Shown: positions 14,244-28,763 of the stretch, piece by piece
How the letters are laid out: each line of letters starts with the position of its first letter
Numbering within the stretch: position 1 is the stretch's first letter
From: Eledone cirrhosa
Lineage: Eukaryota
NCBI GenBank assembly: GCA_964016885.1
Contig: CAXHJY010000887.1
Span: 1 to 54,989, forward strand
Length of the DNA: 54,989 nt
Direction of reading: 5' to 3'
Program-made: the position numbers and the translations under genes
Notes under the pieces: model-generated
The model's database searches: none
What the model saw: the letters and a program-made list of their open reading frames with translations, nothing else
What the model was told of the DNA's origin: nothing

Positions 14244-16556
14244 GTAATAACATTGCTTATTGTTTTGTTGTTGTTTAGCTTTAGCTAGACCCTGATCAAA
14301 CAGACCTACCTTCGGTAGATGCTGTTTCTTTATCCTGCTTTTTTGTGTGCATTTAGTAATGTCGTATAAACGTATCTTGATTGGTTTGTTGTTGCTATAT
14401 GAGATTTACTGTTTTCACAATATTTAGGAATTGATCTTCTTGAATCCTAAGGCAACACTTATTGCGCCAACTAATAATCAAGTCGTTTCAGTTTTTATCG
14501 TACTGTATTTTTTCCAGGCATAGGACTACATTATCACAAGTGTTGTTCGATTTTAAAGATAATTATGTATAACTTCAGAGAATATTCTAGGAGGTTGAGT
14601 GATTACATAGTCTCGTTCATTAGCTTGGGAGCATTTCTTATTGATGTCGTTTTATATAGTTGAAGATTTCGCAAGGAAACTGTATTTCAAGTAATTCATT
14701 AGATTTCACTTGCAGCCCGTTTGCTATTCCAACGCAATGAAACTCCGTAGAGTACATAATGCGTAGTAAGTAAGCTACATTTGTGTACAATAATCATTAA
14801 CAATTAATTGTAGCACGTCAATAGAAGAGAATTAAACGATTGCTTAGGCTATGGACAATCAGAGTCTGTGGAGTGGCCCCTTTATGACAAATTGTGAAAT
14901 AAACCATAAAAGGGTTATTTAGTGCAAATAACTAATACCTACAACCACATAAGTGTAGCGCATATGACAGAGATGATAAAAATGTATTTATCAATCTTTT
15001 GCAATTGTAATACCGTATCTCCTCTACGATCCAATTTCAAATCCATGGAATTTTAATGATATAGTGAATTGTTTTTTATTGGTTAGAATTTTCGTTTAAG
15101 TTTTAAAATGCCTTTCAATTTAAGTTTACAATTCAATTTCAGTTGCAAAATGTTACATTCCATTTTCGCCATTCGTTAAATGGAGCATATCTCAGGCTTA
15201 CGCTTTTAAAATTTCGAGCTGAAGAACTTGAAAACAAATTTAGATAGAAACGTTCTTTAGAAATCAAAATCGAAAAATAAATACAATATTATTCTTTAAA
15301 TATTTTTTAACCAGGCATAAAAGTAACTATAATATTAAAAAAAGAAAAGTTAATAAACATTTGAATAACGGGAAATTGATTATTTTTATTAGCTTTTTTT
15401 ATAATGTATACTTTCATGGAAGATAAGCAAATCAATTGTCTGAAGAAGTCCATATATTGATCTAAATTTCTTCCAAGCTGATGATAGCGTTTAGAAACAA
15501 GAATTTATCCTGAAATCATTTGGAGATATTTCATAAATATATCAATTTTATATTAGAACAAAAATATATCTAATAACTCAAAGGCGTGATGTAATGATTA
15601 CTATTTTATGTTGAGGTTGTATTAAACACTTAAAAGATTTCTGGAGTGACATAGTTAATTTCATGCTGAATTCTTACTTAATTACTAAACGAATTTTTAA
15701 AGAGGTGGCATAGTCAAATTAATAATCCAAAATATATTATCCAAACTTATTATTTGGTTTTCATATGAATTACTGGCATCTACGCTATGGTACCTCTTTA
15801 AAAATACGACGCCTAGCAAACCTTTTTCTATTAGTTCGATATCTTCTTGACCAGGTGATCCTCGTTCTCAATTAGTATATTACTGGTGTGTATGTTTCGT
15901 TTCATTTTATCAGATAGTTGTGGACAAGCAGCCAAAAGATAGTCCAACGTTTGCTAACTCATCTTCTTCTACACGATGTATTTAGGATTAAATTATCTAA
16001 TGTATCTTTCTTATTTCATGACGTTACACAGTACTATGTGGAAAATTGTGTTGCTGTTTAAAAAGTCATATAAATATTTCAGTCTATAAAAATATAAAAA
16101 AATAAACTATTTAATTTTGATACATACTTCTTTATTAATTCTTTATTGATTAAAGAAAATAGATTTTTATATTTAAAAGTTCAGTTTGTATCTTTGCTAT
16201 TTTAGATATATATTATTTCCGCGGAGCCCAGAGCTACATTTTCTGGCACCATTTGGGAGTCATTAGCTTAAATTATCAAAACTATTCTTAAAGTAATCTA
16301 AGTGGTTTCGTAAACGTTAGAGTATTGTTTGTGATATATTTTATCTCCAAGTTAATATAAATTTGTATTAACGTGTTAGAAGTCATAAGAAGTATTTACG
16401 CAATAGAGGGTTCTTAAAGAAGCCACCAGTTCTACTTGAGAAGATGCAATACATTTATATGAGTTAAGTAAAATTGTATGCAAAGTCAACATTAAGTTAC
16501 TAGCGATCAATAAAATAATTTTCATGGAAGTTTAATCATAAGTTATATCATTTCAG

Positions 16557-16726
16557 ATGTTCAAGCTTTTCACACGTACCTTCAACTTGTACTATGCAAC
16601 CAGATCCATTAGACCCCAAGTGCTGCAAGTTCCCACAATGCGGTGACAATACAACGCTTCCAGGTGGATTCCGGGGAAAAAAGAGTGGATTTGGAAAAAG
16701 TCTTATACCTTCATCTATTTATAACG
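16557..16726 (+). CDS. Exon E: second half of a VWC-like repeat (CSSFSHVPSTCTMQPDPLDPKCCKFPQC) plus G/K-rich linker
   Basis: tttcAG / ACG|GTAAAT, phase 2 to 1. Confidence 0.9.
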
Positions 16727-17223
16727 GTAAATTTATTCTATATTTTACAAATTATTTTGTGAATTCACGTTTATAAAAATTCAATTTAATTTTCAAGAAA
16801 TTACTTTCTTACTTAGAAAACCTCACAGTAATAAAATACAATTCCATCAATGCAAAAATTTATTTATTGCTCAGATATTAGGGTAACCCGCATCGTTTTC
16901 TGATTAGCCTGGAAAAGTGTTGTGGTATAATTTTGTTTTCAGAAATGTTAATAAAAATTTCAGTCACATTTGTAAACACCTGCTAAACTAAAAAGTAAAG
17001 AACATAAGTGTGTCGCCCAAGAGAACGTGTGTTTGAATAAGTATTCATTAGAAAAAATAGCTTTAATAGAAGGTCCTAAGTAAATACTGAGACGTTTTAA
17101 AAGTGGACTATATATATATATATAACGTGATATTATAATTTCTTCTATGTTCCTTGTAGTTATTAAATTTGTGTGTGCCTAAAACCTCGCTCTTTGATAA
17201 TATATTTTGTTTTATTGCTCAAG

Positions 17224-17338
17224 GTGTCTGCATGTACAACTCAAAGGTTTATAAACAAGGAGACACGTGGAATGACGGTTGTGATTATTCATGTGAATGT
17301 ATTGACGCCAGCAAAAACCAATTTAGGTGTACTTCAAG
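17224..17338 (+). CDS. Exon F: first half of a VWC-like repeat (VCMYNSKVYKQGDTWNDGCDYSCECIDASKNQFRCTS)
   Basis: ctcaAG / AAG|GTAAGA, phase 1 to 2. Confidence 0.92.
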
Positions 17339-18229
17339 GTAAGATTGTTTACAAGTATATATGTGTGTGTGTGTGATTATTGGTTTATGAAAACAGACTT
17401 TACTTTGAATGAATTAATTTGTGGTTTTAAATTCTGAGTTAAAGAAACGTAATTAGTTTTCCTTCGATTCAAATATCGCCTGAGCGAGACCTCTTTTACA
17501 GATAACGTTTTTTTTCCGTCGAAAGATACTGAATATGATTATACATGTTCAAATCAGCGAAGTATTCTGACATAAAAATATTAAACTACCAGACACATTT
17601 CCCTGAAATCACACGCTACTATCTTAAAAGATGTTGGATAATTGGGTCGTAATTTCCCTGTACATTTCTTAAACAAACAACTTGATATTTTGTAAATGTC
17701 GTAACGTGATGTTTGGTTAACATAGAATGACAGACGAAATCAATTCTTTTGTTTTCTCGCATATATACACATAATAGGCAGGTGTATATGACATCATATA
17801 CGATATTTTAATGTATAATAAACATACAAACAACCCATTAGGAATTTTTTAAACAGCAATTATGTCACAGCTAACTTAGTCATCGTACTAGAACGCCAGA
17901 AACGTATTTTAAGATTTTTATTCGTCATTGCTGACTTTTACTCGGTACTGAGACAAGAATAAACTATAGTTATTGCGTACGTAACATCGGCTGGAGATGC
18001 CCATTTGTATACAGTGGGCACATGACCAGCTAGAATTAATTAGCATCTCTAACATAGAGTGGTTCATAAGAAAGGTGCATATGACAACATATACTATACG
18101 TTTGTATGATAAACATACAAAAGTTTCGCTATGAATTTTTTAAGCGCTGATTACATAACTATCTCAGTAGAATAAACTATATCTCAGTACCAATTGCGTA
18201 AACATCCCCAATGAAGAATAAAATCTAGA

Positions 18230-18388
18230 AAGACGTGTCTGACCTTATCACCTGGTTACGTTGATTTCGAGAGGGTGAAAGGCAAATCCGCCACCAGCGT
18301 AATTTTAAATTCATAGTGCAGAGAGCCGAAAGAAACACAGGAATTGATTCTATCCGGCACTCTAACGATTCTGCCAATCCATCTGCCC
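18230..18388 (-). mobile_element. Diverged S1-like SINE
   Basis: gattctgccaatcc and gggtgaaaggcaaa motifs, read in reverse. Confidence 0.6.
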
Positions 18389-19009
18389 TGGACATTGCAG
18401 TTAATCAAAGAAAAGCAGAGTTTTAATAAGGAATGCTCTCGAACACATTATAACCAACATTACTACTTTTAAAAATAAATATCGGAATAAGTCAATATTA
18501 GAGAATCTGTAAAACGAATTGGGGGAATTGCGAAGAAAAACAAAAGCAAAACAAAAATCAACAACAAAAACAACTAAATAATAAACCGTACAGCAAACAA
18601 TAAAGATGTTTAGTATTAGTACAAGACAGTAAATTTTAGACTTGGGTAAAATCAATTAGATTAATTCTAGTAATTAATTGGTATTTATTGCGCCAGCCAC
18701 AGAACGTTCATGTTATTTGCAAATGGTCGAGCAACTATTTGCAAATAGCAAGAATGAGTTAAATAACATAGTTGCGACAAACAGACAAACTACAGCTAGG
18801 ACATCTTGAATTATAGGTCTGCACTCCTAAGGCTGTTCACTCGATAAATAGCAAGTACTGTATCTATATAATTGATCTAGGAAGGATGTGAAACAAAATC
18901 GACCCCAGGTGATATTCGAACTCAGATTGTATAATGATGTAACCGAATACGGGAAAAAGACGTGTGTTGAACTCAACTCTACCGGTTCTGCTACTCTCTG
19001 CCCTCAAAG

Positions 19010-19053
<44 letters not shown>

Positions 19054-19181
19054 ACATACATACACACACACACATACATACATACATACATACATACATA
19101 CATACATACATACATACATACATACATACATACATACATACATAGTATCTAAGTATGTATTTGTATATATATATATATAAG

Positions 19182-19248
<67 letters not shown>

Positions 19249-19486
19249 GAAATTTAGATCGGTACAATGTTAGATGCATAGAAGCCTTCGCAATTATTTC
19301 GATCTTCTCCACAGAACTGTTCGATGATAGCAGGTGTAGACAAATCTGTAGCAAATTTAACTCCTAAATGATATAGTCATGTAGTAACAATACACAAATA
19401 GGACATATCAATGCGGATAGAAATCAAAGAAGTTTAACAATTTAACAAAAAAAGTTAAAGTAATTTATATATATATGTATATATAT

Positions 19487-19667
19487 ATAACAAAGGAAGT
19501 GTGGTAAGGAACCAGATGGACCATAACGCACCAGTGTAGTAGAGTGGATAATAGGAAAAAGATCAGGACCCCGATGGCTGAGCGCCGGCCGTTTCGACAG
19601 CTAGATCCGAATCAGTTCGGATCTAGCTGTCGAAACGGCCGGCGCTCAGCCGTCGGACTCCTGACTT
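19487..19667. mobile_element. Fold-back family H3 (HHR 3' half)
   Basis: Inverted arms carrying GAAAcggc..gccgTC, TA-flanked. Confidence 0.85.
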
Positions 19668-19682
19668 ATATATATATATATG

Positions 19683-19717
<35 letters not shown>

Positions 19718-19851
19718 GATGGGTTCACAATTTCTTTCTCTCTTACATTCTGGAGAAATAGTCAATATTGGGGCCTTGAAACTTTAGGTAGCACTTTTGT
19801 TCCGTGTATGAAAATGATATGATATAATATAATGTGATATTAAATATATAT

Positions 19852-20158
19852 ATGAGGGTGTTAAAGTTTGCTTGAAGCATTGTGAAATGTGTAAAATATG
19901 TAGTTTAGAAAGCCACAACAATGCAGATGGGAAATCTCGAGGTAAGAAGTGAGTGAGAAATAGGAGAAAAGTGAAAATGAAAATGAAAACAAAACAAAGG
20001 TAGAAGGGTTACCGTAGTGGAGATTTAATCTCCACTACGGTAACCCTTCTACCTTTGTTTTGTTTTCATTTTCATTTTCACTTTTCTCCTATTTCTCACT
20101 CACTTCTTACCTCGAGATTTCCCATCTGCATTGTTGTGGCTTTCTAAACTACATATTT

Positions 20159-20163
<5 letters not shown>
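19852..20163. mobile_element. Fold-back TA-flanked element with about 130-bp perfect arms, no HHR core visible
   Basis: About 19892-20024 is the reverse complement of about 20027-20160. Confidence 0.85.
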
Positions 20164-20209
<46 letters not shown>

Positions 20210-20902
20210 GTACATACATGGATACATACACAATACATAGAATATTTCTACTTGCTAAACCTTATAGATGAAATCGTTGTCAACACTGATACTATAATTA
20301 TGTAAATGGAGTTTTCAAAATTTATGAATAATTAAACATAAAATAACTAAAATATGCACTTAATATCACAGGAAAAAGCCTTATGACATTTTAAAAAACC
20401 ATATAAATTCTATATGAATAAAATATGTAACTTGACAAGAAGTACAATGAAACATATCGTAAGATTAACATCACATATATATGAAAACGTCTACTTAAAA
20501 TAGAAAAATATAATAGGCGCTAATGCTTTCTTGGCGATAATAGATATTAGGTTATCAGGAAAGAATGTTAATAAAGTTATGAAAATATTACATCATTTAA
20601 GCTCTTAGAAAATATCGAACATGATAAATAGATTTGACATACGTCGGAAAACTCCACTAAAAAATTAAATGAAGTTTTAAATGAAATACTTCGAGATCAA
20701 ATGAAAATAGTAATACATGGAACTGTAGGTAAATCCGAAAAAAAAAATCTCAAGATTAAGGAAAGAATGTCAAGTGATTTAAATAGCTAGTACAAAACAC
20801 TAATGTTTATATTATTACTGTACATTAAGAAACAAAATGTGTAAGCAATATTAAAAATAAATTAATTTACATATTACAGAAAATTAATAAATATATATAT
20901 GT

Positions 20903-21126
20903 ATAACGAAGGAGGTGTGGTAAGGAACCAGATGGACCATAATGCACCATAGTACTCAATACTTAGGGTAGTAGAGTGGGTAATAGGAAAATGTTTAACC
21001 CCGACGACAGAGCTCAAGCCGTTTCGACGGCTATTTCTGGACTATCGAGGATGGCTTAAGTTGCGTTTCTGCCACAGAAATAGCCGTCGAAACGGCTTGA
21101 GCTCTACCCTCGGGGTTAAACATTTT

Positions 21127-21130
<4 letters not shown>
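20903..21130. mobile_element. Fold-back family H3 with captured family-H6 fragment in the loop
   Basis: Loop 21043-21073 matches about 25137-25166. Confidence 0.85.
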
Positions 21131-21222
<92 letters not shown>

Positions 21223-21224
21223 AA

Positions 21225-21487
21225 TGAATGAAGTAATTCCATCGGAAAAGTCCAGGAAAAAAGAGTGCTCTATGTATGCAACAGAGCTTAATTATTATTA
21301 TTATGTAATAAACAACATAAGGCAATTATTCCATTTACCAGTGGTTTCTTAAAAGCAAAAGGTTTTGCTTTCAATCCTCAGAATGAAAAAAAGGATTTTT
21401 CATTCTGAGGATTGAAAGCAAAACCTTTTGCTTTTAAGAAACCACTGGTAAATGGAATAATTGCCTTATGTTGTTTATTACATAATA

Positions 21488-21492
<5 letters not shown>
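21225..21492. mobile_element. Fold-back TA-inserted element, family H5
   Basis: Perfect arms about 21294-21390 and 21396-21491. Confidence 0.9.
21398..21457 (+). ncRNA. Minimal type I hammerhead ribozyme (mirror copy on - strand 21329-21388)
   Basis: ttcatt CTGAGGA ttgaaagcaaa-acct-tttgcttttaa GAAA cca-c-tgg TA aatgga. Confidence 0.85.
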
Positions 21493-21558
<66 letters not shown>

Positions 21559-21562
<4 letters not shown>

Positions 21563-21742
21563 AAAAGAGTCAGGACCCCGACGGCTGAGCTGCGGCCGTT
21601 TCTACGTTCAGAACTAGCTGTCGAAACGGCCGGAGCTCAGCCGTCGGGTTCCGGACTCTTTCCCTATTACCCACTCTACTACCCATATTATCGAGTATTC
21701 TGGTGCGTTATGGTCTACCTGGTTCCTTACCATACTTCCTTC

Positions 21743-21746
<4 letters not shown>
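21559..21746. mobile_element. Fold-back family H3
   Basis: Inverted arms with HHR stem III, TA-flanked. Confidence 0.85.
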
Positions 21747-21787
<41 letters not shown>

Positions 21788-22056
21788 TTATAATTATTTC
21801 TAATTACTTGTCTTACTAGCTCTTTTTGATTACCAACTGTAACGAATACTCGATACTTCCTCTAGTCTGTCATGCTGTCATCGCTTACTAGCTCTATACG
21901 AATAAATAAATATATATATATATATTTGAGCGTTGACTAAGTTGAAATGGTTAGAAAATGTAAAAAATCTCGAACGCAGGAAAGTAGCTGTGAACACAAC
22001 TTAGAAAATCAGGTAAAATAGCCCTATAGACGGAAAAGGTGGCCAGCAGCGGCTAT

Positions 22057-22165
22057 ATAAATATATATAATATATATATATAATATATATATATAATATA
22101 TATATTAATATATATATTAATATATATATATATAATATATATATATATAATATATATATTAATAT

Positions 22166-22197
<32 letters not shown>

Positions 22198-22695
22198 ATA
22201 TATATATATAATATATATATAATATATATATATAATATATATATATAATATATATATATATAATATATATATATAATATATATATAATAAATATATATAA
22301 TATATATATTATATATATATATAATATATATATAATATATATATATATATAATATATATATATAATATATATATATAATATATATATATAATATATATAT
22401 AATACATATATATGTATATATAATATATATAATATATATATATAATATATATATATAATATATATATATAATATATATATATAATATATATATTATATAT
22501 ATATATAATATATATATATAATATATATATATATATAATATATATATATATAATATATATATATATAATGTATATATATAATATATATATAATATATATA
22601 TTGTATATATAATATATATAATATATATATATAATATATATATATAATATATATATATATATATAATATATATAATATATATATATATATATATA

Positions 22696-22738
<43 letters not shown>

Positions 22739-22812
22739 TAATATATATATATATATATATAATATATATATAATATATATATATATAATATATATATAAT
22801 ATATATATATAT

Positions 22813-22858
<46 letters not shown>

Positions 22859-22954
22859 TATATATAATATATATATATATAATATATATATATATAATAT
22901 ATATAATATATATATATATATAATATATATATAATATATATATATATAAATAAA

Positions 22955-22986
<32 letters not shown>

Positions 22987-23080
22987 AAATATATATATAT
23001 ATAATATATATATATAATATATATATATAATATATATATATATAATATATATATAATATATATATATATAAATAAAATAT

Positions 23081-23112
<32 letters not shown>

Positions 23113-23347
23113 ATATATATATATATATAATATATATATATATAATATATATATATAGAATATATATATATATATTATATATATATATATAATATATATA
23201 TATAATATATATATATAATATATATATATAGAATATATATATATATATAATATATATATATATATATAGAATATATATATATATAGAATATATATATATA
23301 TAGAATATATATATATAGAATATATATATAATATATATATATATAGA

Positions 23348-23398
<51 letters not shown>
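22057..23398. repeat. (TA)n/TAA-interrupted microsatellite (continues 23852-24562)
   Basis: Direct inspection. Confidence 0.98.
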
Positions 23399-23401
<3 letters not shown>

Positions 23402-23851
23402 AACGAGTAGGACCCCGACGGCTGAGCTCAAGCCGTTTCGACGGCTAATTCTGGACTAAATGAACATGTTTATCCTGGTATTTGAATAGCCGAGCTTCTC
23501 AAGGGGTAGTTCCATATATGGTAAAAGTGATTGTCACAAGGATTGGTCAAAAGTTTGTTGTTGAGACATAATAATTCTATCATGGCAATTTGTGGAGAGA
23601 GGGGGTAGCTGAACCTGCCAGTAGGAGAAAGAGGGAGAGAGGTGGAGGAGACCCAGTCATGCGTTGATAGTGCCGACTACAGCTGGGCATGAGGTCAAAG
23701 AAGATACTAGGGAGGCAAGAATTAGCCGTCGAAACGGCTTGAGCTCAGCCGTCGGGGTCCTACTCGTTCCTATTACCCACTCTACTACCCTAAGTATTGA
23801 GTACTTTGGTGCGTTATGGTTCACCTGGTTCTTTACCACATTTCCTCCGCT
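23398..23851. mobile_element. Longest family H3 fold-back copy
   Basis: Arms 23398-23452 and about 23718-23772; the long spacer retains the full HHR. Confidence 0.85.
23400..23513 (-). ncRNA. Type I hammerhead ribozyme, U3:A8 core variant, GUC cleavage triplet
   Basis: Minus strand: ggaact acccc TTGAGAA gct cggctattc..gaattagccg tc GAAA cggc-ttgagctca-gccg TC ggggt..gttcc. Confidence 0.8.
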
Positions 23852-24208
23852 ATATATTATATATATATATATAATATATATATTATATATATATAATATA
23901 TATATATTATAGATATATAATATATATATATAATATATATTATATATATAAAATATATATATATAATATATATATATTATATATAAAATATATATATATA
24001 ATATATATATATAATATATAAAATATATATATATAATATATATATATAATATATATATAATATATATATATAATATATATATATAATATATATATATATA
24101 ATATATATATATATAATATATATAAATATATATATAATATATATATATATAATATATATATATATATATAATATATATATATATATATTATATATATATA
24201 ATATATAT

Positions 24209-24308
<100 letters not shown>

Positions 24309-24360
24309 TATATATATATAATATATATATATATATATAATATATATATATAATATATAT

Positions 24361-24442
<82 letters not shown>

Positions 24443-24562
24443 ATATATAATATATATATATAATATAATATATATATATAATATATATATATAATATAAT
24501 ATATATATATATATATAATATATATATATAATATATATATATATATATAATATATATATATA

Positions 24563-24640
24563 TAGGGTGCGGCAGAAAAACCTCCCCTATTTTATACTTC
24601 AACCCTTAAAATGCGGGAAGTATTTTTGCCGCATCATGTA
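24563..24640. mobile_element. Tiny Tc1/mariner-like MITE remnant
   Basis: Imperfect TIRs agggtgcggcagaaaaacctccc / gggaagtatttttgccgcatcatg with TA at both ends. Confidence 0.6.
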
Positions 24641-24708
24641 TATAAATATATATATATATCAATGATATTAAATAAATGGGAACTATATTTATAAAACCAT
24701 ATTTATTC

Positions 24709-24757
<49 letters not shown>

Positions 24758-24761
<4 letters not shown>

Positions 24762-25405
24762 CACAACGAGACAAGATATATTTATCAAACTTATTGTTTG
24801 TAATTCTTGATGAATATATATATATATATACACTTTCTAGGGCAGAAACGCAAGTTAAGCCATCCTCGATAAATCACTAACGTGTGATTCTATGCTCAGT
24901 CAAGCTGCCTAAACACCCGTGGTTTATCTGCGGGATCTATTTTCACAACGAGACAAGATATATTTATCAAACTTATTGTTTGTAATTCTTGATGAATATA
25001 TATATATATATTCATCAAGAATTACAAACAATAAGTTTGATAAATATATCTTGTCTCGTTGTGAAAATAGATCCCGCAGATAAACCACGGGTGTTTAGGC
25101 AGCTTGACTGAGCATAGAATCACACGTTAGTGATTTATCGAGGATGGCTTAACTTGCGTTTCTGCCCTAGAAAGTGTCCTATACATTTCTGTACAAAATA
25201 TGTTTATATAATGCAAATTGCAAACAGAAATATCCAAGCAAACTACATAGTACAATGAAGAAATATAAAGAGAAATGGGGAAAATAAAAAATAGTAGACA
25301 ATATGTGCTAATGTGTATATAAGTAAAATGGCGATTATAGCGGATTTTGAATGAGCTATTTCTGTTCATCTTAAAAAAAGTAATAGTAATGTAATTATTC
25401 AATTC
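24758..25405. mobile_element. Family H6 fragments: three nested 3' ends in direct and inverted orientation separated by (TA)n
   Basis: tttcacaacgagac..cttgatgaa at about 24759 and 24940, inverted at 25011; 24831-24996 is inverted at 25011-25176. Confidence 0.85.
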
Positions 25406-27524
25406 AATATGTAATTCTTATTTGTGGCCCTGTGCCAAAGTATTTACAACATCTCATAACTCAGAGATGTGAAGCCGCCTGAATCGAAATTCAATAATTT
25501 GAAATTCATTCATAAGTGTAATGTGTAATTTTATTATCAATTTAGAGACGATTGGACAATCTATTTATGATAAAAACTGTATAAACATAATATTATTTAC
25601 AGTAGTAATAATAATAATAATTGTTTCTACTTTTGGCACAAAGCCAGCAATTTACCAATACATTACTGGTATTTTATTTTTATCGACCCCGTATGGATTA
25701 AAGGCAAAGTTAACCTCGAATAATATAAATGACAACTACAATGACGGCAATAATTAAAAAAAGGGGAAAACAAAAGGAAAGAAAGAATAGGGAAATATAT
25801 AGAAAAAAGAGAAAGAAAGAAGAAAAAGAACGGGAAGGGAGGGGATAGCAGTGATAAATAACTTTTTCCGAATGCAGTAATAAAATTGAATATTAGAAAC
25901 GAGAGAAAGAGATGTAGGGGACTAGGTTACATGGACACTAGTGTCCACTTTTGTATGTTATGGTAGATTTTACATTCTAAACATAAGATTGCTGATACAT
26001 ATATTTGTATCTATAAAAAGATTAATTGATGTCGTGTAATATAATATATTCCTCTGGAAAGGTTACTCTTTACACAATGTGTATTGCTTTTAAGATAATC
26101 GCTAGTTCAAAAAAAAATTGTTTTATAATTAATAAACGGCATTTCAGCAACACAATCAGCAAAATAACTAGCTATACAAAAGACAATTTTATTCTAGAAA
26201 ATATTAAAATAAAAGTCAAATAAGCATTGAAGGACGCAACATTTACTAATCGAAGCAGCTGTTTTTATTTTGATAAAATATATTACTTCATAAACATGGT
26301 AAAATTGATTTGATCTAAAATTTGTTATATTTCATATATTTTGTATTATGATTTCTTTCAGAGAAAGATCAGAGCTCAGTCATAAATAATCGAAGTCAAC
26401 AGCAGTAAAACAAAATCAATAATTATTACATTTTTTAATATGAAAAATGGTTAATCTTCACGCAGGGTGTATGTAATCGAAAGTCTTTAGCGTTATATTG
26501 TATCGAATTTACAGACACTTAATTCCTATTGCTCTGATCTAGGTATTTTATAAATAAAAACCAGTGCAGTACATCTCTGAACTGCAATTAATGATTATTA
26601 GTTAGCTTGCACATCTTATAATCCTAGACAATGATACGATTCCTTGGTTTCAGTCAACATTATTAAGATATTAAAGAAAGTTTTATATGTACGGCTTTAT
26701 ATATTTCCAATAAGGATAGGAGAATCTTCCCTTTGCAGCAAACGGAAAGAATTCATAATTTCCAAATGCTTTCTTAGATTAAAATATTGAGTTCAAGGCT
26801 TCCTATAAGCCTGGAGACGGTAAATGTGATCTCGTTCAACATATCCTCTTTTGAAATGCAGAACAATATTCTTATAAGGACAGGCATGGCTTTTGTGTGA
26901 GAACTTCACTGCGTAATTACGTGTTTGATAACTATGTAGTAATTTCAGCAAATATCATTTGTTGTTGTCTCGGTTTTGAAAATAACTCGTGACGGGATTA
27001 TAGTAAACTGAAAATTATAGTGTAGAGTGTGATTAAATTTATTCGGCTAAGCTCTATATGCCATGTTGTATCAGGAATGAGTGTGTAAGGTCTTAACATA
27101 TATAATGGACCAGTGTTTGTGCATACCGGTGTAAATACCGTGTCGTTTGTAAGTTTGTAAAAGGATGAGAATTTGATAAAATTATTCATTCGATAGATAT
27201 CCTTAAAATGAACACCGGACTAAGTACTGGGTGCAATATAATGGATTACATGGGGTCTTACATATGATTCTACATATAACAGTTGTAATCTACAACCCTT
27301 AAACGTAGGACTCCAGCATAGTCGCAGTCAAATGATTGGAACTAATAAAAAAAATCTATTGAATCACCAAGATGTGTACAGAATACGATGGTAATCTTTC
27401 TTTGATGTGTAGAAACTGGTATCATAACATCTATACTGTACTGGAATGAAGGGGAATTCAATATATTGGTATCTTTGCTAAAGTTATCACCCAAAAATAA
27501 GACTGAAATCAGTAGTTATATACT

Positions 27525-27865
27525 CTTCTTTTTCACCCACGTACTCCTGAGAGGGTCGATCGGGCAGAGTCCTCAAACTTACTTTCCGGTGGGTCCTATC
27601 AGAAGCAACCGTTTCAAACTGATCCGGCTGAATCCCCAAGTGAGATCAGCAGAGCTCATGGATGTTATCTTACCATCTTGCTCGTTATCTACCCCTGGGT
27701 CTCTTGCCAGTTGGTTTTGTCCGTACAATCTGTCCAGCGAGTCTTTCTAACCACATGCACATAGTATTGGAGCTGTAATCTCTCTATTCGAAGAAGCAGC
27801 GACTCTACACGGAGAGTCTATCTGATTTTCGAGCTACGCACTCTGTCGTGTAACGTTACTTCAAA
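27525..27865 (-). mobile_element. RTE-clade LINE 3' fragment, degraded
   Basis: Minus-strand translation DRVRSSKIR..LLLRIERLQL..TGKRPRGR*RARW*D..LPDRP, typical of an RTE/Rex3 C-terminus. Confidence 0.75.
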
Positions 27866-28184
27866 GACCCTTGTATTAGCAATCGTATTCTTTCGGTCAT
27901 AAGTTGAGAAGAGCATATAACTATTTAGCTCAGATATGTACTATTCTATCCGAATATAACTGTATCTTTCTACCAGCTAATACACCAACACTAATTCAAT
28001 CCAATTTACACATTCAACAATGTTTTATCCAATATTATGTATATTTATCAATAGTTCAACTTTACTAAACCCATTTCATAATAGAGTTGCAACAATACTA
28101 TCCGAAATCTCTAAAGAACACATATTTAGTGTCACAACAGAAAGCCACTCTACGATAACATTGTTCTCCAATCCACATTCATAA

Positions 28185-28378
28185 TACGAGGATCAGCTGA
28201 AAAGCCTGACCAAGATAGTTTCATGGAATGACCAAATGGGGTTTATTTTTCAACATAGACCCTGGAAAAAACAATGCAGTTATTAATAAGAAGAGTTGAC
28301 ATTAATGCATGCAAAATTTCACATCTCTAGCATCAATCCATCATAGTCAGTCTATGAACGTTTGAGCCGAACCCCCAT
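28185..28378. mobile_element. Mariner-like MITE remnant
   Basis: TA-cgagg.tcagctgaaaag left end and degraded atgaacgtttgagccgaaccc right end. Confidence 0.5.
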
Positions 28379-28417
28379 CCAACTTAAAATTACACCAGTT
28401 ATATACTTTTTTATATA

Positions 28418-28705
28418 AGGCAGCGAATTGGCAGAGTTGTTAAGACATCGGATAGAATGCTTTACGGTATTCGTACCGGCTTGCTGATCTCTGAGTTCAA
28501 ATTCCTGCCCAGGTCAACTTTGCCTTTCATCCTTTCGAGGTCGTAAAAAAAAGTACCAGTCCAGTACTGGGGTCGATTTTTCCTCTATTGAAAAAAAATT
28601 GGCTGTGTTCAGACCTGGAGAGGGTTGGGTTCTGCCAGTTTTAAAAACTGCCCTAGACACGCCGTTTGATGGTGCCTCTACGACTCCACAAGGAGTTAAG
28701 GGATC
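28418..28705 (+). mobile_element. S1-related SINE with alternative 3' tail (second copy 41938-42245)
   Basis: S1-like head and core, then a different tail shared between the two copies. Confidence 0.75.
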
Positions 28706-28763
28706 TTTATCCTATCTTTTTATATTTTTTATACACAAACATTATATATTTGTTATTGTACAG

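Noticed and set aside
24838-24865. GAAA c-gcaa-g TT as an HHR 3' half in family H6
   Set aside because: No matching CUGAnGA and stem I was found upstream in the longest copy.
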